This document shows positions 28,596-40,105 of a stretch of DNA of 64,000 nt, piece by piece. The number at the start of each line of letters is the position of its first letter. Positions within the stretch are counted from its first letter, which is position 1. Made by a program: the position numbers and the translations under genes. The notes under the pieces were generated by a model. That model was not told the DNA's origin, did not search any database, and saw only the letters and a program-made list of their open reading frames with translations. Location: positions 576,001 to 640,000 of the forward strand of contig CAWGMQ010000006.1 in assembly GCA_963823665.1 (NCBI GenBank). Direction: 5' to 3'. This DNA comes from an uncultured Planctomycetota bacterium (lineage in GTDB: Bacteria > Planctomycetota > Planctomycetia > Isosphaerales > Isosphaeraceae).

Positions 28596-31500
28596 TTGGG
28601 GGCCGCCGTGATCGAGCCGGAGAAAAGCGACGCGAATTTGCTGTTCGGCATCCTGGCAATGAAGATGAACTTCATCCGCCCCGACGATCTGCTCGAGGCG
28701 ATGGGGATCTGGTTCCTGGACCGGAAGCGGACCCTCGGTGAGATTCTGACCGAGCGGCTGGCGATTTCCGAGAAGGATTGTGATCTCCTCGAATCGATGG
28801 TCCGCGAGAGCCAGGCCAGGCAGGGCCCGCCCGGCAAGCTGAGCGGCCAGGACCGGCTTAATGGCCCGGGCAAACCGCGCGAATTGATCGGTGCGATTTC
28901 GCCTGATGACGGCGACCTCGGTCAGCTCACGACCGAAGCCGGTGAGGCGAGGGACAGCGAACTGACGACTGACTGGTCGGATCGCCGGCAAGGCAACGGG
29001 AACGAGCGGTATCTGCTTGTGCGCCCGCACGCCAAGGGGGGAATCGGCAAGGTTTCCGTGGCCCTTGATGTGCAGTTGAATCGCGAGGTCGCCCTCAAGG
29101 AGTTACTGGAGGAGCACCTTGCGAAGCAGGACAGCCGGGCGCGGTTCTTGCTGGAAGCCGAGGTGACGGCGCGGCTCGAGCATCCCGGAATTGTTCCGGT
29201 CTACGGGATCGGTCTCAATGCGTCGGGTGAGCCGTTCTACGTGATGCGGTTCATCAAGGGAGAGAGCTTCAAAGACGCGGTCCGGCAATTTCACCAGGGG
29301 CGGGACGGCACCGGGCTTCGCTCGGGCCAGTCGTCGTTGCAGTTCCAGCAGTTGCTCAGGCGTTTCGTCGACGTCTGTTATACGATCGAATATGCTCACA
29401 GCCGTGGGGTGATCCACCGAGATCTCAAGCCGTCGAACGTGATCGTGGGCAAGTACGGCGAAACGCTGGTCGTCGACTGGGGGCTGGCCAAATGCGTCGG
29501 CAAGGACGAGAAACGGGTGCTGGCAGACGAGGCGACGATTCGGCCGTCATCGCACAGCGGATCGACGGATACGGTCGCCGGTTTTGCCGTGGGGACCCCG
29601 GCGTACATGAGCCCGGAGCAGGCGGAAGGAGATGCGTATCACGTTGGGTTTGCGAGCGATGTGTATGGCCTCGGGGGGACACTTTATTACCTGTTGACCG
29701 GAGAGAACCCGATCACGGACCGCGAGGTGACGACGGCCCTGCGTCACGCCAGGCGCGGTGAGTTCCGGCGGCCGCGCGAGGTCAACCCGGAGGTCCCGCC
29801 CGCACTGGAAGCGATCTGCTTGAAGGCAATGGCGCATCGCGCCCTTGACCGCTTCGACTCACCCCGAATGCTGGCGCACGACCTGGAGCTGTGGCTTGCC
29901 GGCGAGCCGGTTTCGTCGTGGCCGGAGCCTTTGTCGCTCAAGCTGCGGCGGTGGGTGATCCGGAACCGGACGCTGGTCAGCTCGGCGACGGCCGCGCTTC
30001 TGGTCGCACTCTTGACCCTGGGCTATCTGGCCTTCGAGCTGAACATGAGGAGGGCCCGCCGCCAGATTGAAGCCAATGCGCGAGTGGACTCGCTGCTCAC
30101 GGCCGAGGTTCGCTCGGTGCCGCAGATCGTCGAACGGCTCGGTGCAGACCGGTCGCTTGTGCGGACACGGCTGCATGCTCTGCTAAGAGATCGGGGGACA
30201 TCCCCCGGCCGGATCGGGGCGGCGCTGGCACTCCTTCCCGACGATCGGTCGCAAGCAGAAAGCCTGGTCGAGCACCTGAGCAAGCCCGAGGCGACTGCCG
30301 ATGAGCTACTTGTCATTCGCGACGGGCTGCTGCGGAACCAGGCGCTCGAGCCGTTCATCGAACGGCTGGTTTCAACCCTCCCGGCAACCGGGGAGCGGCT
30401 CAGCGACGCGGCATTGCGGGCAATCGGTGTGCTGGCGGCGGCGGAGCCCCTCTGGAGCCGGTGGCCGGACTTTGCCGATCGCATCGCGGGCAAGCTGGTG
30501 CAGGTGAATCCGTTCGAGATCGCGGCATGGCGCGAGGTCTTTCAGCCGGTGAGCAGCGTGCTCAATCCACCGCTACGCGCGATTTATTCGGACCGCTCTC
30601 AGAACGAACCGAGAGCCCTGGCCTTCGCGCTGCTGCTCGAGTTCGTCTCCCAGGAGGAGAATCTCGACCGCCCCGAGGCCCTGGCGGGATTGTTGCCGGA
30701 CGCTGACCCGGACCAGTTTCGGGCGATCCTTCGGCGCCTGTCCTCCGCGGCCGACCGCGAGCGGGCCCTGGCGGTGATCTTGCCGGCGATCAACGTACAA
30801 GCGCAGGGAGACCTTGCACTGGCCCAGCGCCAGGCCCGGCTCGCGCCGGGCTTGCTTGCGTTCTCGCGGGCTGAGCTGGTCTGGCCTATGCTGATCCACC
30901 GCGATGATCCCAGCTTGAGGACCGAGCTGATCCACATCATGGCCGAGTATGACGTCGACCCGAGAGCCCTCTTCGAGCGGCTGAAGGCAGAAACCAATCG
31001 CAGCGTGCGCCGGGCACTCGTCCTGGCGCTGGGCGGTTTTGCGCCGGAGCGCATCCCAGCGCGCTGCGCGCCGATCTCAAGCTGTTGCTGTTATCGTGGT
31101 TTAGCTCGGACCCCGATTCCGGCACCCACAGCGCGATCGACTGGGTTCTGCGGCAGGGTTGGAGCACCGATGGCGAGTTGAACGCCATCGATCGCGGACT
31201 GTGCGGGCCGGAGGTCCCATCGGATCGGAACTGGTTCGTCAATTCCTCCGGTCAAACGTTCGCGATCGTTCGTGGACCAGTTTCGTTCCGGATGGGGACG
31301 GTGGCGGGAACAGACCCGTACGCCGGCGGTGATGAGCCGCCTCATGAGCGGATGATCCCCCGATCGTTCGCGATCGCCACCCGTGAGGTGTCGCTGGCCG
31401 ACTTCCGGCCCTTTCTCACGGACAACCCCGACCTCAGTCCCATTTTCGACAGGCCGAGTGTTCGCATGAGAATTCCTTCAGACGACTGCGCCGTTGGTGC

Positions 31501-32059
31501 ACTGACCTGGTACGACGCCGCTCGCTACTGCAACTGGCTGAGCGCTCGAGAGGGAATTCCCGAGGCAGAGTGGTGCTATCCCAGGTTCTACGGGCCCGGG
31601 TTGACCCTGCCCGCGAACGCGCTGGAACGCAAGGGCTACCGCCTGCCGACGGAGGCCGAATGGGAGTATGCCTGCCGAGCAGGGACGACGACGCTCTGGC
31701 CTCATGGGCTGTCGGAGCCGAGGCTGGCGAGCTATGCGTGGATCGTCCGTGATTCAAAGCGGGTCATGCACCGGCCGGGAAAGAAGCGTCCCAATGAGAT
31801 CGGATTGTTCGACGCGCTGGGGAACGCGTCGGAATGGTGTACCGGCACGCTGGACGGTGCGTGGGACCCCGGCCAGCCGCGGTCCAGGCAAGACACACTA
31901 GAGCTCCTGACAATCCGGGACGACCAGACCGTCGATTCTCGGGGCGGGTCTTTCCTCGATCCATCGGCCGATGTGCGCTCTGCCAATCGAAACCTCCGGC
32001 GACCGTATGAGCGGCTGCCCTATTTCGGGATGCGGCTGGCCCGAACCTGTCCCAAGTAA
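28596..32059 (+). CDS. Ser/Thr kinase fused to an FGE-sulfatase (SUMF1-like) domain; frameshift near 31060
   Basis: HAKGGIG, HRDLKPSN, VDWG and YMSPE motifs. The second ORF has FRMG, RLPTEAEWEYACRAG, GLFDALGNASEW and RGGSF. Confidence 0.85.
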
Positions 32060-32119
32060 TCCGTCAAAATTCGCTCGGTTTCACTCGACTGACGTCTACT
32101 TTCACGTTTATGGACCACG

Positions 32120-33376
32120 ATGAAAACACCAGAGGTTGCTTCGGGCTTGATCAATCGCCGCCGTGTCGTCGCCGCTTCGCTGGGGGGTCTGGGCCTGGCT
32201 GCGCTCGAGCGAGCCGAGGCGACGGCCCAGGACCGAGTGCGAGGCGAGGCACCGATTGCGGCCAAAGACCCGCTCAAGATCACGAAGCTGGAAACCTTGT
32301 TCGTCAAGCCGCGGTGGCTGTTCTTGAAGGTTCACACGAATGCCGGGATTGTGGGGCTGGGCGAGCCGGTCGTGGAGGGGCGGGCGGCGACCGTGGCTAC
32401 GGCAGTCAAGGAACTCGAGCCGTACTTGGTCGGGAAAGACCCGCGCCACGTCGTTCATCACTGGCAGGCGATTTACCGGCACGCGTTTTATCGAGGCGGC
32501 CCGGTGCTGACCAGTGCCTTGAGCGGTGTCGACATGGCCTTGTGGGACATCAAGGGCAAGGCGCTCGGCGTGCCGGTGTACGAGCTGCTCGGCGGCCCGA
32601 CGCGGCAGCGGGTGCGAGTGTATGCTCATGCGCGCGGCGTTGATGGACTCAAGAAGGGACTGGCGCAGGGCTTCACCGCCTTCAAGACCCAGCCGGCCAG
32701 CCGCCGGCGGCCGCGGTATGTTGAAACGCCGGCCGAGGTCAAATATGCGGCCGAGAAGTTCGCCGAGCTGCGAAAGGTGGCCGGTGACGACGTCGACATC
32801 GCGGCCGACTTCCACGGCGCGATCAGCCCGGCCACCGCCAAGATTCTGATCAAAGCCCTCGAGCCGTTCCAGCCGATGTTCATCGAGGAGCCGTGCCTGC
32901 CGCAAAACCATGACATCATGGCCGAGCTCGCGCGCGGCACGCACCTACCGATTGCGACCGGAGAGCGGGTCTTCACCAAGTGGGGGTTCCGCGAGGTGCT
33001 GGAGAAACGGGCCGCGACGATCTTGCAGCCAGACCTCTGCCACGCGGGGGGAATCACCGAGGTACGGCTGATCGCGGGCATGGCTGAGGCCTACTACGCC
33101 GCGATCGCTCCGCACAACCCGCTCGGGCCTATCTCGCTGGCCGCCGGCGTGCAGATCGCTGCTTCGATTCCCAACTTCCTGGCTCAGGAGCAGGAGAATC
33201 TGGGCGACGGCTACTTGAAGCAGCCGTTCGTCGTACGAAACGGTTATCTCGAGCTGCCCACTGGTCCAGGACTGGGAATCGAGCTCGATGAAGACGCAAT
33301 GGCGGGCAAGATTGGACATGACTTCAAGAACCCGGAAGCCTATGACGCCGACGATGGGTCGGTGATGGACTGGTGA
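32120..33376 (+). CDS. dgoD: Galactonate dehydratase (enolase superfamily) with Tat-like leader
   Basis: PRWLFLKVHT..G.GE, FYRGGP, DFHG, FIEEP, ATGER, QPDLCHAGGITE and APHNPLG. Confidence 0.8.
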   Translation: MKTPEVASGLINRRRVVAASLGGLGLAALERAEATAQDRVRGEAPIAAKDPLKITKLETLFVKPRWLFLKVHTNAGIVGLGEPVVEGRAATVATAVKELEPYLVGKDPRHVVHHWQAIYRHAFYRGGPVLTSALSGVDMALWDIKGKALGVPVYELLGGPTRQRVRVYAHARGVDGLKKGLAQGFTAFKTQPASRRRPRYVETPAEVKYAAEKFAELRKVAGDDVDIAADFHGAISPATAKILIKALEPFQPMFIEEPCLPQNHDIMAELARGTHLPIATGERVFTKWGFREVLEKRAATILQPDLCHAGGITEVRLIAGMAEAYYAAIAPHNPLGPISLAAGVQIAASIPNFLAQEQENLGDGYLKQPFVVRNGYLELPTGPGLGIELDEDAMAGKIGHDFKNPEAYDADDGSVMDW

Positions 33377-33448
33377 GAGACGACGCGATGGTGCTCGATC
33401 TCGGTGAGACCCATGGCCCGATCGTGAGCGAACTCGCTCGTTGATGAA

Positions 33449-36400
33449 TCAGGGCGTGTTCGGCCTGGGACTGCCGCCGAGGCAAGCCCGCAACGCGCTG
33501 GCCAGATGCGCGACGTTCGGCGGCTCGAGCAAAGTGCGGTGCTCCCCGCGCACTCGGATCACGTCGACCCCGCCCAGAGCGATGGCTTCCCATCCATTCG
33601 TCGAGTCGTGGGCGGATCGCGTGCAAGTGCGTTGAATGGCGGCCCGGAACAGGGTGATTCGCCCGGGGTAGCGGTCAAGGCTTTGGAGGTATCCCTCGGA
33701 AGAATGCGTTTCGGCAGCGCGAGGCTCCAGAAGCTGGGACCGGCGATCGATTCTTTGCCGCAGCTTCGCGCGAAGCGCGACCGCCGCGTATCGAAGCGTC
33801 TCGCCGGCGGACCGGTGGCACAGATTGACGATGTGCGCGAACAGCCACTCCGCACCGCCGGGGCGTCTCGGGTAGTTCGGCCCGTGCACGTCGAAGAGGG
33901 CGAGCAGGGCAACCGATTCGCCTTCGAGGACGAGGCGCCGTGCGACCTCCAGGGCGAGCAGACCGCCGCGCGAGTAGCCACCAAGATGATATGGCCCGCT
34001 TGGGAAGACGGCGCGTAGGTCGGAGAGGAATTGATCGGCTACCGCAGGGATGAGCTCGGCCATATCCTGGCTTGGTGGCAGATCGCCGAGCGACACTCCG
34101 TAGAACGGAAACGCGGGACCCATCATCCGGGCCAGAGCGGCTAGCCCCAGACCGTGCGCGAGGAACGCGCCCGCCGCGCCGGGAAAGCACACGAACGGCG
34201 GCGCCAGGACCTCCACGTCGTCTGCCCGGTTCATGCAGACGATCTGAGACGTCGGCGCGGCCTGTCGTCGTCGGATCACTGCGGCTAGCTGCTTGATCGT
34301 CGGCGCCTGGATGATGGCCGAAAGCGGTGGTGCGAATCCGAACCGCTGCTTGACTCGTGCGAACAAGCGCACGGCCAGTAGCGAGTGGCCGCCAATGGCG
34401 AAGAAGTCGTCCTCCACACCGAAGATCCGGCCGCGAAAGAACTCGCGCCAGAGCTCGAGGAGCCCCGCTTCGGTCAGGTCAACTGGGCGGGGCGTTGAGA
34501 CCGCCGCCGCGACCGGCGCAGTAACGATGGCGCGAACGGCGCGCCGGTCCACTTTTCCGCTCGTAGAAACTGGAATTGCGTCGAGCGTGACGAACGTCGA
34601 CGGGACCGAAGTTTCCGCCAGCTCGCTCGCGGCAAACGATCTGAGGGCGGCTTCTGTGAGCGGTGGAAACCCGTTCCGCGGGACGACGTACGCTGCCAGA
34701 GATGCGCCGCCTGCGGGATCTTCGATCGCGACGACCGCTGCGTCAGCCACACCAGGGTGCCGCCTGAGCGCCGCTTCGACTTCACCAGGTTCGACCCGCA
34801 CGCCCCGAACCTTGACCTGGTCGTCCAGCCGCCCGAGGAATTCGAGCGTTCCGTCGCCGCGCCAGCGCCCGCGGTCACCCGTACGATAAAGTCGCGCGCT
34901 TGGAGTGCCTGAGGCCGTTCCGGCTGCATCATCGAATGGGTCCGGCACGAACCGCTCCGCGGTCAGTTCGGGCCGGTTCAAGTAACCGCGCGCCACGCAC
35001 ACGCCTCCCAGGTACAGCTCGCCAGGCACACCGATCGGCTGAGGACGGCGCCGCTCGTCCAGCACATACACATGGGAATTTGCAATCGGACGTCCGATCG
35101 GGATCCGCTCCAGTCCAGGATCGGGCAGGCACTGGTAGTGCGTGACCTCCACAGCCGCCTCGGTGGGGCCGTACAGGTTGTGCAACTCGACCTGCGGAGA
35201 GAGCCGCTGGAAGAACTGGTCGCGCAAGCCGGCGGCCAACGGCTCGCCAATCGTGAAGACTCGCCGGAGTGCTGCACATGAGGGCGCAATCGGGTCGTCC
35301 AGGAACGGACCGAGCGCCGACGGGACGAAACCGCACACGGTCACGCCCGCATCTTTGAAAAGCCGAGCGAGATAGGATGGGTCACGGTGCCCTCCCGGCC
35401 GCGCGAGCACCAGTCTCGCGCCGACGATCAAAGGCCAGAACAACTCCCAGACGGACAGGTCAAAGGTGTAGGGAGTCTTCTGGGCGACTCGGTCTGATGG
35501 TACGAGCGGCAGAGCATGTTGCATCCAGAGGAGCATGTTGCAGACCGACCTGTGCTCGTTCATGACTCCTTTGGGCACGCCGGTCGAGCCGGACGTGTAG
35601 ATCACATAGGCAAGATCTCGCGGGGTGTTGACGGGAACTGGGTTTGTTTCAGGCCCGGGGCAGTCTTCGTCCCGGCCCGCAAGCGCGATGACGGGCACGG
35701 CGGGGTCCAGTTCCGCGGCCGGCCAAGCCAGATGCGCTTGTGTGACCACGGCGGCGGGCCGCGCGTCGTCTAGCAGAACCTTGAGCCGCGCCGCGGGCGT
35801 TACCGGGTCGATCGGCAGATAGGCCGCACCCGACTTCATGATGCCGAGTAGCGCGACGACCATATCCATCGATCGCTCGGCGATGACGGCCACTCGCAAG
35901 TTGGGACCGGCACCGACGGCCCGCACGTGATGAGCCAGCCGATTCGCGCGTCGATTCAGCTCGGCATAGGTAAGCTCGCGGGCTGCCACGGTGCCGTCGC
36001 CCTCCACGTCGGGAAGCACCACGGCGAGCGCGTCTGGCGACCGCGCGGCCTGCTCCTCGAATAGTCGGTGCGCACAGTCTCGAACGGCAAGTCGAGCGTC
36101 GTTGCGTTCCAGTCGCAAAGAACCTGGTTCCGCTCGACCCGCGTCAGAAGCTCCAGGTCGTCAATTGGCCGGTGGGGGTCAGCCGCGACCGCCTCGAGCA
36201 AAATTCGATACCACTGGACCAGGCGGCGCGCCGTTTCGCAGTCGAAGAGGTCGAGGCTGTAATCGAGTGAGCAGCAGAGTCCCTCAGTTGTTTCCCGGAG
36301 CTCGATCGACAGGTCGACGGACGTGACACCCGGATCGACCGCGAACGGACTGGCTGTGATCCCGGGAAACTCTGCCGCGCTTTCCGGCAAATTACGGAGC

Positions 36401-37597
36401 TGGAACAATATCTGGAAAAGCGGGGCGTGCGCGAGCGAACGCTCGGGCCTGAGCTCCTCGACCAGCTTCTCGAACGGAACGCTCGAGTGCGCCAGGGCCT
36501 CAAGCGCGCGCGTTCGGGTCTGGGCCAGCAGTGTCCGGAACGACATGCTCGGCTCAAGGACTGCGCGGATCGGCAGGGTGTTGATGAAGGGGCCGATCAA
36601 GTTCTCGAGAACCGGGTCGTCGCGGCAGGCGACCGGGCACCCGACGACGATGTCGAACGTGCCTGTGGAGCGGGCGAGCAGCGTCTGGAAAGCCGCCAGC
36701 AGGGTCATGAAGAGCGTGGCGCCCTCGCGCCGACCCAGTTCTTTCAAACTCCGGACCAGCGGCGTTTCGAACGTGGTGGTGATGCGGCCGGCCCGCTCGG
36801 TTCGCGTCGCGGGTCTGGGCCAGTCGGTGGTTAGCTCGAGCACTGGCGGTGCGCCCGCCATATACTCGCGCCAGAACGAAAACGCTTGCTCCAGCGTGTT
36901 GCCGGCAAACCGGTCTCGCTGGCGCGCCGCGAACTGCGCGAATTGCAACGGCGGATCAGGTAGTGGCGAATGCTCGCCGCGCAGGAACGCTCCGTAAATC
37001 GCCGCAAGCTCCCGCCGCAGAACAGTCGCCGACCAACCATCGAAGACAATATGATGTGCGGTCCAGAGCAAGACGTGGTCGGCATCGCCGAGCCGCAGCA
37101 GCATCCACCGGACCGGGAGTCCGTTCTCGAGATCGAACGGGCGCGCCAGTTCCTCCGCCGCCAGACGTCGGGCCTCGGTCTGCCGCGCGTCTTCTGGCAG
37201 ACTGCGCAGATCGACGACGGCGGAGGAAGCCTCCGGTGGTGCCAGAACGCGGCAGACTGGCCGGCCGTCGCTCGACGGGAAGCGGGTGCGAAGCACTTCG
37301 TGCCGCCTGAGCACCTCTGCCAGCGCGCGACCCATCGCGACAACGTCGAGCCGCCCGAAGAGCCGTAAGTTGTGCGCCCGGATATTCACCCTGCTGCCTG
37401 GATCGAACTGCTCGAGGAGCCAGAACTGCTCCTGCGCGAATGATAGTGCAGACGCACCGGGGCGCTCGACGCAGTTGGTCGCAGCGACCGTCGGCCCCGA
37501 GGCGCGTGCGCGTGCGCAGACGCTCTGCCAGCATCGCTTGCTTCGCAGGCGAGAGCCGGCGCTGCCGGCCATCCATATTATCGCGTGAAGTTGTCAA
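33449..37597 (-). CDS. NRPS C-A-PCP-TE (frameshifts near 37450 and 36085)
   Basis: N-terminal LSPAKQAML. C domain HHIVFDG. A domain YTSGSTGVPKG, YGPTE, YRTGD. PCP GGHSL. TE GYSRG. Confidence 0.88.
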
Positions 37598-37630
37598 AGT
37601 ATGAAATCTAAAACGGTTCCGGGCTGCGAT

Positions 37631-39445
37631 TCATTCCGGCTCGGGGAGAGCCTCGATCGCGCTCAACACGAGGTCTTCGACCACAAGCGCCTGATCGGCG
37701 AGTACGGGCGTGCGAAAGATCGTCTCCAGCGGTAGCGTCACATTGAAGGCTACGTTGAGCCTCGCGATGACCCGCGCGGCCAGGAGTGAGTCGCCTCCGA
37801 CGGCGAAGAAGTTGTCGAGTGCGCCCGCGCGGTGATTCGCCAGGACTTCGGTCCAGGCTCTTGCTACGGTTTCCTCGAACACGCCCCGAGGCGTTACGAA
37901 TTCGGCCCGGAGTAGGTGGCCCAGCTCACGATGAAGTCCGATCCGGCGTGGTTTGCCCGTCGGCCCTTTGGGGATTTCGAGTACGATCAGGATCTGGGTC
38001 GGCACCTTGTGCACGGCCAGGCGCTCGAAGGCTTTTCGCCTGAGGTCAGCTTCTGGAACTGAGCTTCCTTCGCGCAGGACCACGGCCGTGATCACGTCCT
38101 CCCCGAGGCTCGGGTGCGGCACCGCGAACGTAACCGCCTGGTCAACAGCGGGATGCTCCAGGATCGCATCATCGATTTCACGCGGCGTGATCTTCTCTCC
38201 GCCGCGGTTGATCAGCTCTTTGATGCGGCCGGCGAGATGAAAGTAGCCGTCGGCATCGAACGATCCCAGGTCCCCCGTGCGGAACCAGCCGTTCTTGAAC
38301 GCGGAGTGATTTGCCTCAGGATTGTCCTCGTAGCCCGAAGTCACGTTCGGCCCGCGGATAACGATCTCGCCGATCTGGCCGGGGCCGACCAGACGATCCG
38401 ATTCGTCCATGACGGCAACCTCGGGCCCGGCCGCGGGCCCGACTGAGCCAGCTTTGCGCTTGGAGGGCGGTAGCGGATTGCTGCACACTTGATGCGACGC
38501 CTCCGTCATGCCGTACGACTCGAGCACAGGAACACCCAGGACTCGCTCCAGCTCATGCAGGACCACCGGGGGCAGAGGCGCGGACGACGACCGGACCAGC
38601 CGCAAGCTGTGTTTCTGCGCGGCAGCCGGCGACCGTGCGGCCTCTGCAAGGACGGCCTGATGGACGGTCGGTACGGCCGTGTACCACGTTGCGTCGAACT
38701 CCTGCAACCAGCCGAAGAACTGCGACCCGTCGATTCCCGGCATGCAGACCACTCCGGCGGCGGCGGCCACAGAGGCCAGAACCGCGCCGATCAGGCCGTG
38801 GATATGGAAGAGCGGCATCACATTCAGGCAGCGGTCGCCGGGGGTCAGTGCCAGCGTCGACTGGATGTGAGAGGCGGAGGCCGTCACGTTCCGTTGAGTC
38901 AACAGGACGCGCTTGGGCTTTGCCGTGGTTCCGGACGTATGCAGAACGAGCGCCACGTCGTCTGCGCCTGCGAGTCCCGGCGACGCGGCCGCGGGGCCCT
39001 CGGGGCCCTCGAGGTTGAAGGCGCCGGCTTGGCCCCCCATCTCCGGTACGAGCTCGATGACCGTGATCCCGATCCGTCTCGCAGCCTCCCGCGCGGGCGT
39101 CTGGGCACCCTGGCGCACCACCAAGGCGCGGGCATTCAGGTCGGCCAGGTAGAATTCAAATTCGGATTGCGTGTATTCAGGATTGAGGGGGCAGAATGTG
39201 GCCCCGGAGCTGATCAGAAGGAACGAAGCTGCCAGTTCCGCTCCGTTGTCCAGGACCACGGCGACCCGATCGTTGCGGCAGACACCCAGCCGATTCAATT
39301 GTCGAACCACCGCGTCGCGGCGGCCGGGGATTTCACAGTATCGCAGAGGCGAAGCGGCGGGCGCGAGTAGGGCGCATCCCTGCGGATTTCGCCGGGCTGC
39401 GTCGGCCAGGAGCGCTGGTATCGAGCCAGGAATCGCGTCGCTCAT
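37631..39445 (-). CDS. Acyl-CoA ligase (oxalate-CoA-ligase-like) fused to a carrier protein
   Basis: LHTSGTTAKPK, MPLFHIHG, RSSSA, YGMTEASHQ, FRTGD, GRIKELINRGGEK; PCP GGDSL. Confidence 0.85.
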   Translation of the reverse strand: MSDAIPGSIPALLADAARRNPQGCALLAPAASPLRYCEIPGRRDAVVRQLNRLGVCRNDRVAVVLDNGAELAASFLLISSGATFCPLNPEYTQSEFEFYLADLNARALVVRQGAQTPAREAARRIGITVIELVPEMGGQAGAFNLEGPEGPAAASPGLAGADDVALVLHTSGTTAKPKRVLLTQRNVTASASHIQSTLALTPGDRCLNVMPLFHIHGLIGAVLASVAAAAGVVCMPGIDGSQFFGWLQEFDATWYTAVPTVHQAVLAEAARSPAAAQKHSLRLVRSSSAPLPPVVLHELERVLGVPVLESYGMTEASHQVCSNPLPPSKRKAGSVGPAAGPEVAVMDESDRLVGPGQIGEIVIRGPNVTSGYEDNPEANHSAFKNGWFRTGDLGSFDADGYFHLAGRIKELINRGGEKITPREIDDAILEHPAVDQAVTFAVPHPSLGEDVITAVVLREGSSVPEADLRRKAFERLAVHKVPTQILIVLEIPKGPTGKPRRIGLHRELGHLLRAEFVTPRGVFEETVARAWTEVLANHRAGALDNFFAVGGDSLLAARVIARLNVAFNVTLPLETIFRTPVLADQALVVEDLVLSAIEALPEPE

Positions 39446-39709
39446 CTTATCCTGCCACTCCGGATCGGGCTGCGCATCGTGGCACGCTCGGTTCAGGGCT
39501 CATCCAAAATCGGCGATTCGGCTCGTTGGCTTCCCCGTACGCGGCGATCGGTTGACGAGGCGCTTCTGAGTAGAGCCTAGCCTGAGCGACGAAACGTGTC
39601 CAGAATGTAACGAGGTGCAGCATCGCCGCATCGGATCGAAGAACCAGCGTGCGACATGTCTCGTTCGCTGGAAACCACACGCACCTGCAATGCGTTCGAG
39701 AGGTGGCCG

Positions 39710-40105
39710 ATAAGCTTTTTCGCCGTTCGGAACCGGCGCTTGCGGCGTGGTTTTGGGCTCTTGTGTCCGGAGCCACTGGTGCTGCGCGCTCTGCTTGCGA
39801 CGGTGGCTGTCGACGTCGGACAGGTGATCCGCGCGGTCGATCCTCAGTTGATCGGTGTGAATGCCACATGGTGGGACACGAACCTCAACACGAGCCAGAC
39901 GCGCCAGTCGGAGCGACCACGCCGATCGGCGACGGCCAGGAATGGAACAGCTCGACCAGTGAGTGGGAGACGGTCAACTGGCAGAACGCGGGCTACTGGG
40001 CGAGCCTGCGCGCGGCCAGTCCGCTCGCGGTTGACGACGGACTCAACTCCCTGCGCCTGGGACGTGCCCAACCGTTCGGCTTCCACTATTTCGAGGTTGG
40101 CAACG
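39710..40105 (+). pseudogene. Relic of a secreted clan-A-like glycoside hydrolase gene
   Basis: RBS GAGG followed by ATA (probable mutated start). Degenerate planctomycete motif RNRRLRR..PEPLVLRALLA, then LIGVNATWWD, an out-of-frame jump at ~39900, then GYWASLRAA..DDGLN..FHYFEVGN where it ends. Confidence 0.65.
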
